Positions 37,696-51,779 of a stretch of DNA of 64,000 nt are shown one piece after another (the first letter of the stretch is position 1; every line of letters starts with the position of its first letter). Source of the DNA: Pocillopora damicornis (lineage: Eukaryota); the NCBI RefSeq assembly GCF_003704095.1, contig NW_020843837.1, positions 248,001-312,000 of the forward strand, written 5' to 3'. Made by a program: the position numbers and the translations under genes. The notes beneath the pieces were generated by a model. That model worked only from the letters and a program-made list of their open reading frames with translations, was not told the origin of the DNA and did not search any database.

Positions 37696-39757
37696 TTAGA
37701 AAAAAGCTGAAAGTTCCTCCTTCCATTCCGGCATTTCTGAATTATTCAGCTGATTTCTTCCATGCCCGCGGCTTGCTGGCGTAGAACTTCTCCGTAATCT
37801 CGCTTGACGATTGCTATGCGTATTGAGTCTGACATGAGACAAAGACTCTAATAAACGAGCATTTGCGTTCCGAAGATTGTCAATTTCTAACTTCTGTGAG
37901 TGCAGTTTCTTCTCCAGTTTTAGTCTATCGTCTTTTTCAGGCTGCGATTTTAACAAATCTATTTTCTTTCGCAGTGATTCGATCTGCCTGTCTTTTGTGG
38001 TGACTTCGTTGTACAGCGACTCGATTGTGACTTCCCTAGCTTCGAGAAGTGTCTTGATCTCGGCTTGCTCCTTTCGAAAATCCCCTTCTAGGAGAAGAAG
38101 TTTGGAAATAATGTCATTCATCTCTTGATCATAATCTTTCTTTCGCTGTTCTAGCTCCTGCTCTTTCTCTTGTAAATCATAAGTCAAGTCCAGAGTTCTC
38201 GCTCTTTGTATCTTCAATTCTGTCCTGACTTGAAATATTTCCTTGTGAAGTCGTTTGATTTCTTCCTTCAGAATATTTACATTGGCCTCAAGCTGAAATC
38301 AAGAGAAGGAGAAGGGAGGTAAGAAAGTGAAGCGAGTAAGAGTTTGGGAAGCTCATTTCCTGCTGAGGGAAGAGGGAGGTGCTTTAGAATGCTTAAAACA
38401 AGACTTAATCCACCCTAAGTAACTGGGAAACTTTTTGTAAACAAAGCACATTTAAGTGGGTGTCGCAGTGATAACAGACTCTGTTAACGTTTCTTCTGTT
38501 ATATAACTATCTTTATATATATAAAAAAAAAATCGGCTAAAGTTGATCCGCGAAGGTTTGGAGTAACCTTTACACATACATATGTCTAAACTTGTAGGCG
38601 AGATCACTCAACATCGAGGCTACGAGACTTGGGACGACAGAGTGATAAAAGTATGAGACCTGCATGCTTCCTTCATGCAAGAGTCTCGTCCGAGGTTGTT
38701 TACTCACCGCGTTCGAACACGACTCATAGAATATCACAATGAACAAACCGGAAATGGAAACAATGTTGTAACAGTTAACACGGTAAACAGGAAGGCCAAG
38801 AATTCCGGTCTTCGGTTAAAAGCACTTATCATGTGATTATTGCGTGACCACATTTTTGACGTCGGTAAATTCAACGGCCATTTCTATTTTTAAATTTGTG
38901 ATGAAAGAAAGAAAAAGAAAAGCGAAACGCTCCGACATCTTTAATTTCAAATTTAAAAACTGGAAACGTATGTGGCAGGAGACGGATCGATATCATTAAT
39001 TCCTGAGAGAGATCTGCATAGTGAAACAAAGAAGTAAAATCCTGGTACTATAACAGTGAAAGAATGAAAACAATACAATGATTATTATTATTTCCATCGG
39101 ATCAAATTTAACAGAGACGGCATACAAACACTAAGGCCTGCTTTCTCTTTAAGACTTATTCACTTTTGAGTAGTTAGATAACCTGTTCATTGTTTGTTTG
39201 TGTGTGGTCTTGAAGTGCTGTTTTTCTTTGGAGTGTATTTGATCAACTTGCAAGCTGTTGCCAGCCAGCTGCCTGTGTTTGGTCGGTTTTCAAATACAAA
39301 ATAGGCAGCAACAAATCAAAGGGCCAGAATTAACTTTCTGGAGCGGACACCTCCTTCGCAAATTTAATTGAAACGCTCGCCTTTGATAGAAATATTTCAC
39401 TAGACATTTTTTTTCCGAGGTTAATTCGAATTTAGCGGTCCTTCGACGACATGTGTCACAAAAAAGCATCAGTCGATAATAAATATCCCACCATGTTAAC
39501 AGAGTCGTTCGGTGTATATACTCTGAGCTACAAAATCACACCGATCAAGAAAGCAAACTTTCCTATAACCACTAAAGCAGTTCCTATTCTAGTGTATTGT
39601 TTACGATCGCTTGATGTACCCCTAAATGATCGGTTCAAGTCCCGTCAAAGGTCGACAGTCTTTAATATAATTGAGTAAATGGACTTATTACCGGTCCTTT
39701 CTTGATGTTACGATCACTTACCTGGTTCCTATTCAATTTAGGGCTCTTGGAGCTCAT
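37696..39757 (-). CDS. Uncharacterised coiled-coil protein, 210 aa; coding exons 39757-39722 and 38292-37696
   Basis: MSSKSPKLNRNQ|gtaagt joins in phase 0 to tttcag|LEANVNILKEEIKRLHKEIF...; in-frame stop upstream of the ATG; E/K/L heptad-rich. Probable non-coding exon ending near 41815/41834. Confidence 0.75.
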
Positions 39758-41953
39758 TTCAGTGAGTGTGCTGGCCTACCCAGCAAGAGGTTATGGCTTG
39801 AAATCTCGGCAACGAGAAGTGTCCGAGAACGTGCTTTTTCGCCTTGAGTAGAGGAAGCTACTACATATGCGTCCTCTTAAGTTTCTGCAAAGAATATGCC
39901 AGCAATGTGTAATCAAAATCCGTATTACGTGAATAATCCAGCCGTAGTTAATCATTTACAAATATGATATGCCATGCGGATGCGGGATTTTGCTGTGGCA
40001 CATTTGAGCGAGAGAAGAACGTGGCAGTAACTGAGAAGTTTCCTTGCAATGTAGAGAGAGAGACTTGTATTTTGAGGCATTCAATACGTAGTCACCTCGC
40101 ATGTTTATATACGTTGCTTGGCTGAGTGACTAGGTGCCCTGCAGATGCATAGACTAATCATCAGACATGCCCAATCTGGAAACACTCTCAAACACACTTA
40201 AGATTTTGTCAGTTGACATAATTCAAATGGCTAGAATACACAAAGCGCATTTGTATAACATTTACATCACAAAGGGGCTTTCCGTCACAACGGTGCAGAT
40301 CGTTATAGGAGGTTACTGCACCCTGCCAGCAGAGGCCATGTTTAGTAGCAAGGACTGCGCAGTGGGGTGACACTTAAGAAAAATAAAAATTATCATTGGA
40401 TCTGGCCATTAAAGCTAAAAAAAAGGCGAACGAAGCTATCTTTCCTTTGGAATGACGTTGAAACGCACAAAGCTAATATAGCATTCTGGTCTCGCTTCCT
40501 GAATCAATAACTGCTAGTCCTATCGACTTACTTGCAATAATGCAGCTTGCACGTCGTTTACGACATCGAAAAAATTCTTGCATGACCTCAACACTACTGA
40601 CAGTTCCCATATGGTTAGTGGATTGTCGTGGTCGTTTGGGTTTACGATTCACATCGAATCAAAACCTATTTTAACTTAATTCATCTCATCATTTTTTTCT
40701 GGATCGATAATTGCTTTGAAGGAGATTTATGTCAGAATCGGGCGTTAGAGAAGCGTGATGGGAGTCAAACGGATCAAATGGAACCGATCAACTTTGAGTT
40801 GGAATCTAATCTTTGGTTATGACTCAGAATGATTAAAAAAATGGAAACTGTTTTAGCTCGATTGGTAGCGGGAGGCTTGTTTTCCAGAGCTGATTACAAC
40901 CCCCAAGTACGAGAGACAAAACAGTTTGTCGGCAGCCGTAATATAAATGTTTGAAGTTAACCGCATTGAATGATGCTTTTCAATAACAGTGTTAATCACG
41001 CTAAGTGTTTCTGCTGCATCGCTATTCTTTGAATAATCCTTGGTTTGACCCCGAGTCACACTCTAGTTCTCGCTTTGTGTAACAATTGCCGAAGCGCAAC
41101 GAGATCACGCGTCACATGTTTGTCAAACGCATCACATGTTGTCCAAACAACTAGCTATTTTTTGGTCATCTTGTGGGCAAAATATTTCTTCTTTACCCCT
41201 TTAACCTATCTTGTATAACGAATATTGCAGTCTGCGCCTAATTAAAACTAGCCAGCAATTTCGAAACGATGTTGAATTGGCTATTGTAAAAAAGCGTTCA
41301 CTGTCTTGTCAATACACGTACAACAGTAACTTGGTTTTCACTCTCTCATTTGGAAACTTGTGCTAACTGTGTAACCATGCCGCATTTGCTCTTTAGTACA
41401 AATAAATTATGATATAAATGAGTAATAACCGATGCAGCATTAATTGTCTTCGTCGCAATGGGTGTTCTGACGTGTTTGCGTGAGCGGAGCATAGAGATGT
41501 AAACTGCTCAATAATTCTGTCAATTCTAAACGTTGGAAATATAGTAGTTCTTTCTCTTAGTTCCAAATTGGTAAATAAAAGTAATATTTTTGTTGTGTTC
41601 CACTTCTTCCGGCAAGAACTAAACTGGTAATCTTGCATAATGCATTCTCACAAATATTAGTGATCGATGACAAGTTTCAATATTTGTCTATCCATTTTTG
41701 TTTTTCCACTCAGTTCAATACACAAGCTAAGTGTTATTTAAAACTTTAACAGCGTTAGTCCTCTTTTGCGCGATCTCGTCCACTCAACCTACATAACATT
41801 AAGATTTCTCTTACCTTTCGAACACAGTCTTACCGTTTCTTTAACCGTCAGAGCGCAGCTAGTTAAAGACTCGAGCTGTTGTTGTGTGAGAAAATGGAAC
41901 ACGGTTGAAATTCAAGGCAAGCCGGTCTAGCCAGACGCTGGAAAAAATAATGA

Positions 41954-41991
41954 TGACGTAACCAGTAGTATATTTTTATGTAACCGGAAGT
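41954..41991. promoter_or_regulatory. Motif cluster (CRE-like, D-box, ETS) in the putative promoter of the coiled-coil gene
   Basis: TGACGTAA 41954-41961, TTATGTAA 41976-41983, CCGGAAGT 41984-41991, just upstream of a putative first exon with gtaag donors. Confidence 0.4.
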
Positions 41992-42439
41992 CAGCTCAGA
42001 CTGGAGTGATTCAGTATAAGCTGTTTAAATTATTTCTCTGTTAATCTTTCCTTTTCCTTTGGCCCTACCCCTCAAGTAAAGGAGCACGTACGCTTAAACT
42101 TTCTAAGTGCATTTATTGATTTCATGTGCGAGATGGCTCAATAAGCCTATGAGCACCTAAAGAAAGTGCTGAAGCGAGGTTGACTTTGAATGATCGCTTT
42201 GATAGGGATGAGTCCACTCCGGCTTTCAGTTTTTATTGTCAAAAAGTGCTAAATTTAACCTTATTTTTTCAACGTTACAAGGCAAGCCGATTGTTCTTGT
42301 GCGCGGATTTATTCTCCCGCTTTCTTACGTGCTGGAAAATAGATGCCATTTGAAAAATAGATTTTTTAAGCACTGCTTACAATATGCTCCAACAGATGTT
42401 TTAAGGACCGTTTACAAGCTGAGCCAATATTATGGGGAG

Positions 42440-42780
42440 CTCGTGATAAAACTCAATCGTTAGTGCTAAAATATCGATCGCTAGCGATAAAACTCAATCG
42501 CTAGTACCATCAACAAATTGTAATTGTAAATCAATTTAGTTTCCGTTTTAAAATGGTCAATCGTTTGTGTTGAACCTCAATCGCTTGCGTTGTTGCACAA
42601 AACTCCGTCGTAAGACTCCAACCAAAAGCGCTAATTATAAATCGCCGGTGTTCTGAGACAAATCATAGTTTTTTTAATGTCAATTGATAGTGTTAAACCT
42701 TTATGTAAAATTCAGAAATTGTAACGATTTCAATCGTCACTGGTGCCATCGATCGTTTGTGATTATTTAGCGGTCGTAGT
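42440..42780. repeat. Degenerate short tandem repeats (AAACTCAATCG-type)
   Basis: GATAAAACTCAATCG(T/C)TAG occurs twice, with decayed CAATCG units following. Confidence 0.5.
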
Positions 42781-44899
42781 GAACTAAAAACTCGGCCGTT
42801 GCGATGTCTGCAACATTGCCGTTGTTACATTGTTTTCTGAGTAAAAAAAAATTATTAGAATGCCTATTCTCCCCAATGTTCTCTGTACATTTGCTGTTGA
42901 ACAATCAAGACATTCTTTGATAAGCGATTATTTTCCTTTATTTTTAGTACCTCAATGCTTTATTCAGCCATGATACAGTAGGGAGAAATTAGATGTTAGT
43001 TACTCTCAGAGATAAAAGGAATAAATATGCATTAACGACCAGGCGTGACATGAAGATGGATTGACATTGGCAAGCTCTTTTTGCCTTTTGATGGACTGAA
43101 GCGTAGTTGAAGTCTAAAACAACATAAGGGAAAAGAACGATATCAATAGCCAGCCACTTTGAACATACAACTTTGGTCTATAAAATTTGTTTACAGACAT
43201 ACAACTTTGGCCTATAAAGGCTTTTCCGTATTACTGGATTAATCCACAAAAATTGTCGTACTTTTCTTTGTGCTCACTGTCCAAAGCACGTGTTTTGAAA
43301 CTGAGCAAAACTGTTTCAAAACGGTTTTGTTTTAACATCAACAAGACAAAACACCCTGATGGTAGGAAGTGTATAAACGGGCTACAGGCAGTTTTTTCTT
43401 TTTCGGGATCAACGCGGGTAATCTCCGGGTGTGAGGGATAGTCCCATCCGTATTACCTGGGTAGCCAACTCAGCGCATATTTCACCTCATTTTTCTCGCT
43501 AACAAGCCTCTGGGAACAAAATAGCTGCAAGAACCGAAAAGCGAACATGAAGTATTTGAAGACGGTAGCATAACCACTGTAGGCGTTGTCTAGCCAAACA
43601 TTCAGTGTTTCCGAGGATTGAGAGATTCCTGTTACACTCTTGAGTCGCGTCAGAAGATGTGCAATGTAAGTTTGCCTCCGTGTATATATCAAAGACTTAT
43701 TGGCGGTACTTTCACTACATCAAAAACTTAAATCAAAGCCACCGAAAGCCTAAAGCTAAGATGTTGACTTGCCGTAATTTCTGGCCTATCACCTGCGGGT
43801 AATCTGTTAATTTTTCCACAAACAGTTGTTGGTGCGGGTTATTGGAAAGTGTTGGTAAAACGATCATTTTTAAAGCTTCCGGTATAGTTTTAAAACTATG
43901 AGCAGGAAAAAACAGAAGATACGATCCCCTAGAGACACTCTTCAAAAAACCTGTGCAATAAGTCATTTATTTCGTGTAGATGGCTCATTACAACGAGAGA
44001 CTTCTAGGCTTTCGATGAAAGCCGATGGAAATCGAAAACATATCAACAAAACTCGATAACAAAGTTTTTATCTTGTTTGTAATCTTACTTCTTACTTTGT
44101 CAATTCCTCAGCTTGTTCCTTTGTTAAGTTCAAAACAAATTCTCACTTACACAGGTAATGAACTTGAAAATATAAGAATTCAATTGTGAAAAAGCGGGCT
44201 TTAGAGCAATTCACACGGAAAATGATGCCGACATGTTCATTTCGTGGCGCGGCGTAATTAATGAGGCCACGGAATATCCGACGCATCAGTGAAATTTTTC
44301 TTAACTAGCACTGCCTTGAGTTAAAGAGTATTTTCCCGTTTCCAACGATTTCTTTTTGACTCGATAGATCTCGAGATATCGATTTTTTTTGAGAACAGAT
44401 ATTTACAAGTGGTATCATTCTCGATGAAACATCGAAAACAAGTAGTGTGAAAATTTATTTATTGCACGCTGAAGGATGTCACGTCAACAAAAACAAGGAA
44501 GGAACTCTGTGTGAATTGATGATTTTCTTTTGTTTTTGGGTGCGGGGTATCTACCAGTGCGCGTAATCTGTTGAAATATTTTTCTCGTCAGTTGCAAAAA
44601 TTGACCGATGCGGGTAATCTGCCGTGCGGATAAACGGCCGGAAACTATGGTAAGTCCGATAAGGACCGGTGAGTTGAATAAGCGCTCTATTCGATGAATA
44701 TGTTAGTTGATTGAAAAGGCCAACATGCGGCCATTACAAGGAAATCCTTAAAAAACAAGGACCCATCTTTTTTGAAAAAACGCTTCAAATAAAAAAAAAG
44801 TTAGTTTCTAATCCATACATTGTTTCACCTATCCATGTTTTTTCCCCCGCCGTAGGTGAAGCCAGTGTTTAAGAAAGTCTCAGTGGAGTAACAGATCAG

Positions 44900-45075
44900 T
44901 TTTACGGCTAACGGATAAAAGTTTGGCTATTTTACGATTAACGGTTGATATCATTCCAATGCTGAAATTTAAAGTTTTAACGGTTAACTTTTTTTTAAGA
45001 ATATTGGTTAGAATTGGTCAATTTTTACGCCTAACGGTTAAATGTTTGGGCCGTTTTAACGTCATCGGTTAACCG
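44900..45075. repeat. Degenerate tandem repeat (TTTACG.CTAACGGTTAA units)
   Basis: Several TAACGGT(T)AA-like units spaced about 30-50 bp apart. Confidence 0.55.
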
Positions 45076-45180
45076 CATTTCACTTTTTGCACGAAATATT
45101 TGTTCTTAGATTGTTGTCCACAGTCTTAAGTCTGTATGCCGTGATCTGTCGTCCGAATTGCCATCCTGAAACTGCGCTCC

Positions 45181-45950
45181 ATATTCTCTACTGACTGAGC
45201 CAACAACACAATCTTGCACTACGCACATTTTAACCTTTTAAGAGTCTTTCTCCACAATTTTCCCGCTCGGGGCCAGAAAACTGTTATATATGGTAGTGTC
45301 AACCATAGACTTGGATTTCAAAACATCGCGTGATCGCGACCATTAGCAAAAATTTGCCATAAATAACTGCAGCAGTATATGCTGCTAGAGATCATATTAA
45401 GAAAGTAAAAAAAAACGTCAAAAAAACCACGTTTCAATGTACAGAATAAACTCATTTAATATGAACTGAGCATACGTTGAAAGGTTTTGGTATTCAGACA
45501 GTAATACAGTGTGTCATTCTATGGAAATGCTTTTTTTAAAATGAACATGGGAAGCCAAAATTTCTCAGCAACAGGAACGTTAACTATTTCTGCAGATTAA
45601 TTTTTAATTTGCAATGTTGATTAGTGATAAAAAAATTTTCCAGAGAATTTCTATTTATAGCATCTCATCGACTGAGACTCAAAAGCAAAATGAACAATGT
45701 CTATCAGTCTGTTATACAGACGATAGGATCTTAAGTTTGAGAGTGTTTTTTTTCCAGCTTTAAATATATATATTTTTTCTCTCTCGTGTTGTTCAGTCTT
45801 TTTTTTTTCCTTCACTCAAATTGGTGTGTCAAGTTGAGTTGAAACCCTCGTTAAATGAGTTTTCCTTTAATCTTGTTGTCTTGGCAAGGGAAGTAGAATT
45901 GCTTTGTTTATTCTTCTTGGGGTGCGTCTGGAAACAGTGCTGTAGCTATC
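45181..45950 (-). pseudogene. Tandem duplicate of the GPCR 3' end (last ~42 codons, 45816-45946) and its 3' flank
   Basis: 45456-45946 matches 46942-47430, including HCFQTHPKK.KQSNSTSLAKTTR with a 1-nt insertion; 45181-45425 matches 45952-46200. Confidence 0.8.
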
Positions 45951-47301
45951 TATATTTTCTACTGACTGAGCCAACATCACGATCTTGCACTAAAACCTAC
46001 GCACATTTTAACTTTTAAGAGGCTATCTCCACCACTTTCCCTCTCGGGGCTGGACACCTGTTGTTAATGGTCCTGACGATTATAAATTTGCATTTCAAAA
46101 CATCGCGTGATCACGATCATCAGCAAAAAATTTGCCAGAGATAACTTCAGTAGTATGTTGCCAGAGATCATATTGAGAAAGTTGGCAAACTTCAAAAATG
46201 ACCATGTTTTGTTGTCTAACAAACGTGAACATCAACGCGATCAAAAATAAGAGCTGATTAGAATGCGTAAGTACTTACGTAAGAAGGTATTCAAGGTGTA
46301 CGGATTAATGTGTCATGAAAGTTCTTTCAAACAAATAGTCTCACATAGAATATTAATCAGCCCAAGTCTATGAGTGTTGAGGGGTGAATTCCGCTCTTTC
46401 AAAGGGGATTTCTTACACGGAAAATTTAGACTTTCCTTGGCACTTATATCAAATGGGTTTTATGTTAAATGACTTTAAAGTCCTCTTTGTGTTACTTAGT
46501 ATATACATTCTTATATTAGTATAATTTTTGAACTCGATGATGACGTATGTCGAACGTCAAAACTTGATGTGTATCAGCTCTTTGTGTTTATTGTATAAGT
46601 TTATTCAGCGTGATCCAATGCACTAATGTATCGCAATATTTCGTAGCCAAATGTTATGTAATGTTACACAAGAGGTATTTATCTAACCCGCAAATACACA
46701 CGAAGGTGATATTCCGATGGGCCAGCTGCAAAACTCTAAAAAAAAACCTACATCTTGAGAAAAAAATTGCTTCTAATGAGATAACAGCTTCCCAATGTTT
46801 TATTAGTCTCAATTTCATCTTTTTTAAGTCCAACAGGAAGCTTTTTGATTATGAACTTTACTCAGGAACCGACAACAATATTAATTACAGAGGAGACGAA
46901 CTAATTAAACGATTGTTTAACGATATACAGAGTGCATTCGTTTAATATGAACTGAGCACTGACGAAATATGATCAGTGTAAAGCTTTTCGTATTCAGCCA
47001 GTAATACAATATGTCATTCTAAGTGAATTCTTTTTTTAAATGAATGAGGAAAGTCAAAATTGCTCAGCAACAGGAGTGTTAACTATTTCTGCAGATTAAT
47101 TTTTGTTTGCTATGTTATTTAGTTTTTAAAATTTTCCAGCGAGTTTCTATTTTTAACATCTTTTCCACTGAGACTCAAATGCTAAAGGAACAATGTCTAT
47201 CAGCCTGTTATGCATATTATAGGATCATAAGTTTAAGTTTAAGGCTTTAAGTACGGATCGTTTTGTTCTTACGTCTTATTCAGTCTTCGTTTTTCCTTCG
47301 C

Positions 47302-48393
47302 TCAAAATTGTGTGTCAAGACGAGTTGAAACCCTCGTCAAATGAATTTCCTTTGATCTTGTTGTCTTAGCGAGGGAAGTAGAATTGCTTTGCTTCCTCTT
47401 CTTGGGGTGTGTTTGGAAACAGTGGGGTAGCAATGACCTCACCTCTGTTCGAAACTCTCTGCTGACAGCACAGTATACCAAAGGATCTGCCGCAGAGTTT
47501 GTGAATGTCGATATAGCCACGATCAAGATGAGAATTTTGTAGAAGCTCACATAAATTAAATCTTGCCAGTACACTGCTACGAGGTCGAACACATTTAAAG
47601 GTAGCATGGTCAAAGCGAACAGTACCACCAACGGCCTGAGGATTTGCTGCGTTTTCTTGGTCTGATGTAATATGGCTTTCGAGTTTACCATAGACGACGA
47701 TTCTCTCACATCTGAAGGCTTTGCGGTCTCGTCTTGAAATTTCCTTGTTCTCTTGGACACCATTTTGCCGATTCTTCGGTAGCAGAAAGCTATGATGCTT
47801 AGTGGCAGGAGGTAATGCAGTATAAATTTCACCGTCACGATAATGCGCCGAGAGGTCATAGTCAGTGTATGGCCGCACGTCCGAAAACTAGAGTTGTACT
47901 CTCCATGGACGAGAGGCTGTATGCTGCGTGTAGCGAAGGACAACAGCCATATAGCGATAACGATGAACCGAGATCGCTTCAATGACCTTCTTCCTCCAAT
48001 TCGTATTTCTTTCCAGGCGATGTTTGCGTAGCGTTCGACCGCAATAATCGTGATGGACCAAACGGAAGCGCCATAAAAAGTTTCTAAGCAGGGTGTAACG
48101 TACAAACAAACAAACCTCCCGAGGACCCATTCGAAAGGAAATTGAGCTCGCAAGATGATTATGGGCAGAATAAACATCAAGACACCTAAATCTGCGAACG
48201 CCAGGCTTAAAAGATACTGGCTCATGGCAGAGAACACTTTTGGTCTTCTGATTATGGTAGCGCAAGAGATAGCATTTCCAATGGAGCCAAACAAACCGAT
48301 AAAGATTTGAAGACTCAATTCGAAGATCGTGAACCCTAGAGGTAGCTGGAGGTAAATTCCATCATCCACCTCTTCTGTCGTGTTATTTGCCAT
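47302..48393 (-). CDS. Class A GPCR, peptide-receptor-like, 363 aa, single coding exon
   Basis: N-glycosylation sites at MANNTT; GNAIS, LSLAFADL, W.LG.F.C, IAVERY, HYLLPL, NSAADPLVY; seven TM segments. Confidence 0.94.
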   Translation of the reverse strand: MANNTTEEVDDGIYLQLPLGFTIFELSLQIFIGLFGSIGNAISCATIIRRPKVFSAMSQYLLSLAFADLGVLMFILPIIILRAQFPFEWVLGRFVCLYVTPCLETFYGASVWSITIIAVERYANIAWKEIRIGGRRSLKRSRFIVIAIWLLSFATRSIQPLVHGEYNSSFRTCGHTLTMTSRRIIVTVKFILHYLLPLSIIAFCYRRIGKMVSKRTRKFQDETAKPSDVRESSSMVNSKAILHQTKKTQQILRPLVVLFALTMLPLNVFDLVAVYWQDLIYVSFYKILILIVAISTFTNSAADPLVYCAVSREFRTEVRSLLPHCFQTHPKKRKQSNSTSLAKTTRSKEIHLTRVSTRLDTQF

Positions 48394-50869
48394 TTTTGAT
48401 CTAAGCTTTTCTCGGGTTTGGCTGTTCCAAGGTTTCTCCGAGATGACCGCCGCCCCAAAGCCCCTGAGATCACGAGAAACTTCTTCGATGGCTTTTCAGT
48501 GTCTCTCGACTTTGGTCTAAACAGACGGTAATATAAGACTCACCTCATTAAATATTCATAGGAAACATATTAAAATAAAGAAAAGTCCTCACGGATGATC
48601 AAAACAATATCGTGACTAGTGCGAAAACGATTTGAATTAAACATTTCAATTGCAAATCAAATCTTTTAAGCCGAGTCTTGCCTTCAACTATTTGATACAC
48701 ATTGATCACTCTGTTTAGTTAGACTTTCATAATAAACTCATTTAAATCTTCAAAATTTCGAAGGCTGGATTTTTTTCATTAGACATAAGTGAGTACAAAC
48801 ATCCTCTTAAATTGAACTGAACGAATCCGGATGTGAAAATGAATTGACGCTTTTTGTTTTAGGCACAAACAGCATTTAATGTCAGGCATATCACAGTGGG
48901 ATGAGAGATCGAGGTTCAAATATCGAAGTTATTTTTCTTATGACTTGTTGAGACTCTAGAAGATCGCCACATGTCAAGATGCACCACTGTCAGAATACAA
49001 TGAGGAATCACAATGGATGAAAGACCTGAAAGGCTCAGTTAGACGTGTTCGCTTGATTAGAAATTTGGCGCTAAAGGCATCTTTGATTATATCAAACAGA
49101 ACAATTTGCCACAAAATTGGCTTTCCCCTAAATGACCTACGATGTCGTCATTAAAACCTCATCACCTGGCGGACAAATGCAAACAAATATTCAAAGACAC
49201 ATCGTTCTTTTTTTTTCTTCTAAATTTCGTAGCACAAGAAGAAATATTTTGGTTGCAAAGGTCTCAAAAAGGTTAAATTTATAATCGGCGGGAAACTTCA
49301 AAGAGATAATATACGTAATCTGAAGTTTGATCGTAAATCAGGATTGAATGATTTAACGTGGATAATAAAACTAGCAATTTAGTGGTTCCGTTCTGACTTC
49401 GTTTTGTTTTTACTTTAGGCGGCCAATTTAGACTGACAACCATCCGCCGTTTCCTTCTGTTCTTATAAAATTGCTGCCAATATTTCGTAGCTTAAGAGAA
49501 TTTCTTGCAGATTTTAAAAATGACTGATGATTTTAATGAATTGCCTTCGAAGTAAAACTTAACTGCGTTTTACCGTTTGTCGTTTATTTTCGACCTGTTG
49601 TTGTAGTTTGGTGTTTGGAGTTAATTTAATGGCCTAATGATGCTGTTGTGAACATCAAAGTGTTCATTTGCCCGTTTATATCAGGTTAGAAAGAAAAGCT
49701 TTGAGTCACCATCTTTCATTAAATTGTGTTCTCTTTGGGATATAAATCAAGACAAAAAGCCGATTTATATTAATGGTCAAAACAACTTCACCATCACGAT
49801 AAACAGGAAAGATTCTTCTCGCATTGAAAGTGCTTCGGTTGCAGAGAGGGAAAGTATTTTTCATAACTAGTTGCCTTGCACCAGTCGAAAAACACTCGTA
49901 TTTGTTAGTGGTCAACATTTTAAAAATTTACAAAGTTATGGATGTTATCTCTTCGCGAAACTCCCACAGATTGATAATGAATTCAATGTGTCCTTACGGT
50001 GTATTTTAAGTGACGTGTGTATGTAGATCAAAGGTCGTCAACCCACTCGCATAATTTTGAAAACGTTCCACCCACTCGGAAGAATATTTTTAATACATCT
50101 CGAGAATTCCTTTTTCCTGCCTAAGAACTGTCAATTATAATTAAGCTACGACAAAAAGGAATGGGTTTTGTCCAGTTACAATTGAAAATATCAACCTTTT
50201 AACAGCACTGTCAGTCTTTCATGAATTTTTTTTTCTATTCCATTTTGTTCCTCAATTTTAGTGACGTCTGGCAGGTCGCAAAGGGTTGGTCTAAAAAGGA
50301 TTGTCTGTTTGCTAACCGCATTCGTGACGAACTGATTATATGTGATAATTTGTGATGGCCCCAACAAAAAATTCGTAGTAATACTTTCCTAAACATAATT
50401 TAAATTGGATCACTTTGACGCCGATGGTTTTGTTTTAATTTCAGCTCCTCAAGTCTACATTTGCGCACTTTCGTTCTTCAAATAACTTTCTCTGGAACAA
50501 AGAGAATAGTGAATAAGTAGAGTGAAGAAATAAAAATTATTGCCTACTGCTTAGAATCCTGGTTGATTTTCTGGGCAAATAAAGCAATAAAACTCCTCTA
50601 AGATTTGACTCTTCGCTCCCGACATATGGCTTTGTGGTTCAGTTAATATTAACGGCTACCTGGTGTCTAATGGACACGAATTCCAGCTCTTTATGTTGAC
50701 AGCTCAATTTTTTTTGCTGCAGTTTACTTGAGAAGGTAGTTCCAATGCCGTTCATTTTTGATTAGAAATAATTTAAGCCTCCTGTGGATTTAATGAACTT
50801 CTAATGAAAAAGGAAACGTGACTTATAGAATTCAAGAAAAACGGAAATTTGTACAATCATGAGCAAACT

Positions 50870-51245
50870 TTTTCTCTCCTATCATTTTTGTTTATCTATA
50901 TATTTGTTCTTTAAAATAATGGTGTTCAAGTTTCTCTTCGCATAGAAGAAAATTCTCGTCTGTTATTGTAAATCTCACTTTTAAAAGTTTTTGAGTGGGT
51001 ATTTTTTTTTATCCTTTCAACCGCTCTGTACGTTTATGACTATTACGGAGAGAATTAACAAAAAGCTCCTCTTTAGCCACTTCTCCTTATCCAAATACTT
51101 GTTCCTTTAAATGATGGTGCTCAAGTTTCTCTTCGCAGGAAATAAAATTCTCGTCCATTATTGTAAACCTCGCTTAAACATTTTGAGTAGGTATTTTTTT
51201 TTTTGTTCTTTAAATTGCTTTTTACGTTTTGGACTATTACGGAGA
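50870..51245. repeat. Tandem duplication, 2 x ~195 bp
   Basis: ATGGTG(T/C)TCAAGTTTCTCTTCGCA...AAATTCTCGTC...GACTATTACGGAGA at about 50907-51051 and 51101-51245. Confidence 0.85.
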
Positions 51246-51779
51246 TCGAAGATTCAGATTATTCTCATCTCATAAATTAGTCTGTGCTTTCCTAACACAT
51301 GTCACTAATGAAAATTGTCTCACACTCGATATCGCTGATTACAGGAAAATGTAGCTTAAAATTTTCAGAACAGTTCTGGTAAGATGCACATAGCTCAGTT
51401 TTTGGAATGATGTTCGTGGAGCTAATACGCTTGGAAGCAATATACTAAGAAAAACGAACCCATCTTGAAAATGTTTTCATTTCATTTTGTTTTTTTCGGT
51501 TTTTGATTGTCACATTTGGACTCATTTGCAATTCCCCAAAAGAGACTTGGAATTGGCGTATACTTTCTTGAAAGAAGATGGAATGGAAGACGTACGCAGA
51601 AAAATCATATATACCAGCTTAATTACACTTCCCTAAAAGATTACACCTTACACATACTTGACCAGATTGATAAATTAACGATTTCCCTGAAATTTTTCCC
51701 TATTATCCATCAGCTGATTGACAAAAATGTTAAGATGTAAGCTTGGTCTTCAAAGAAAATAAACATCTTTATCAATTGT

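Noticed and set aside
47366-48265. Alternative-frame ORFs of 170 and 125 aa inside the GPCR
   Set aside because: No motifs; the GPCR frame explains the region.
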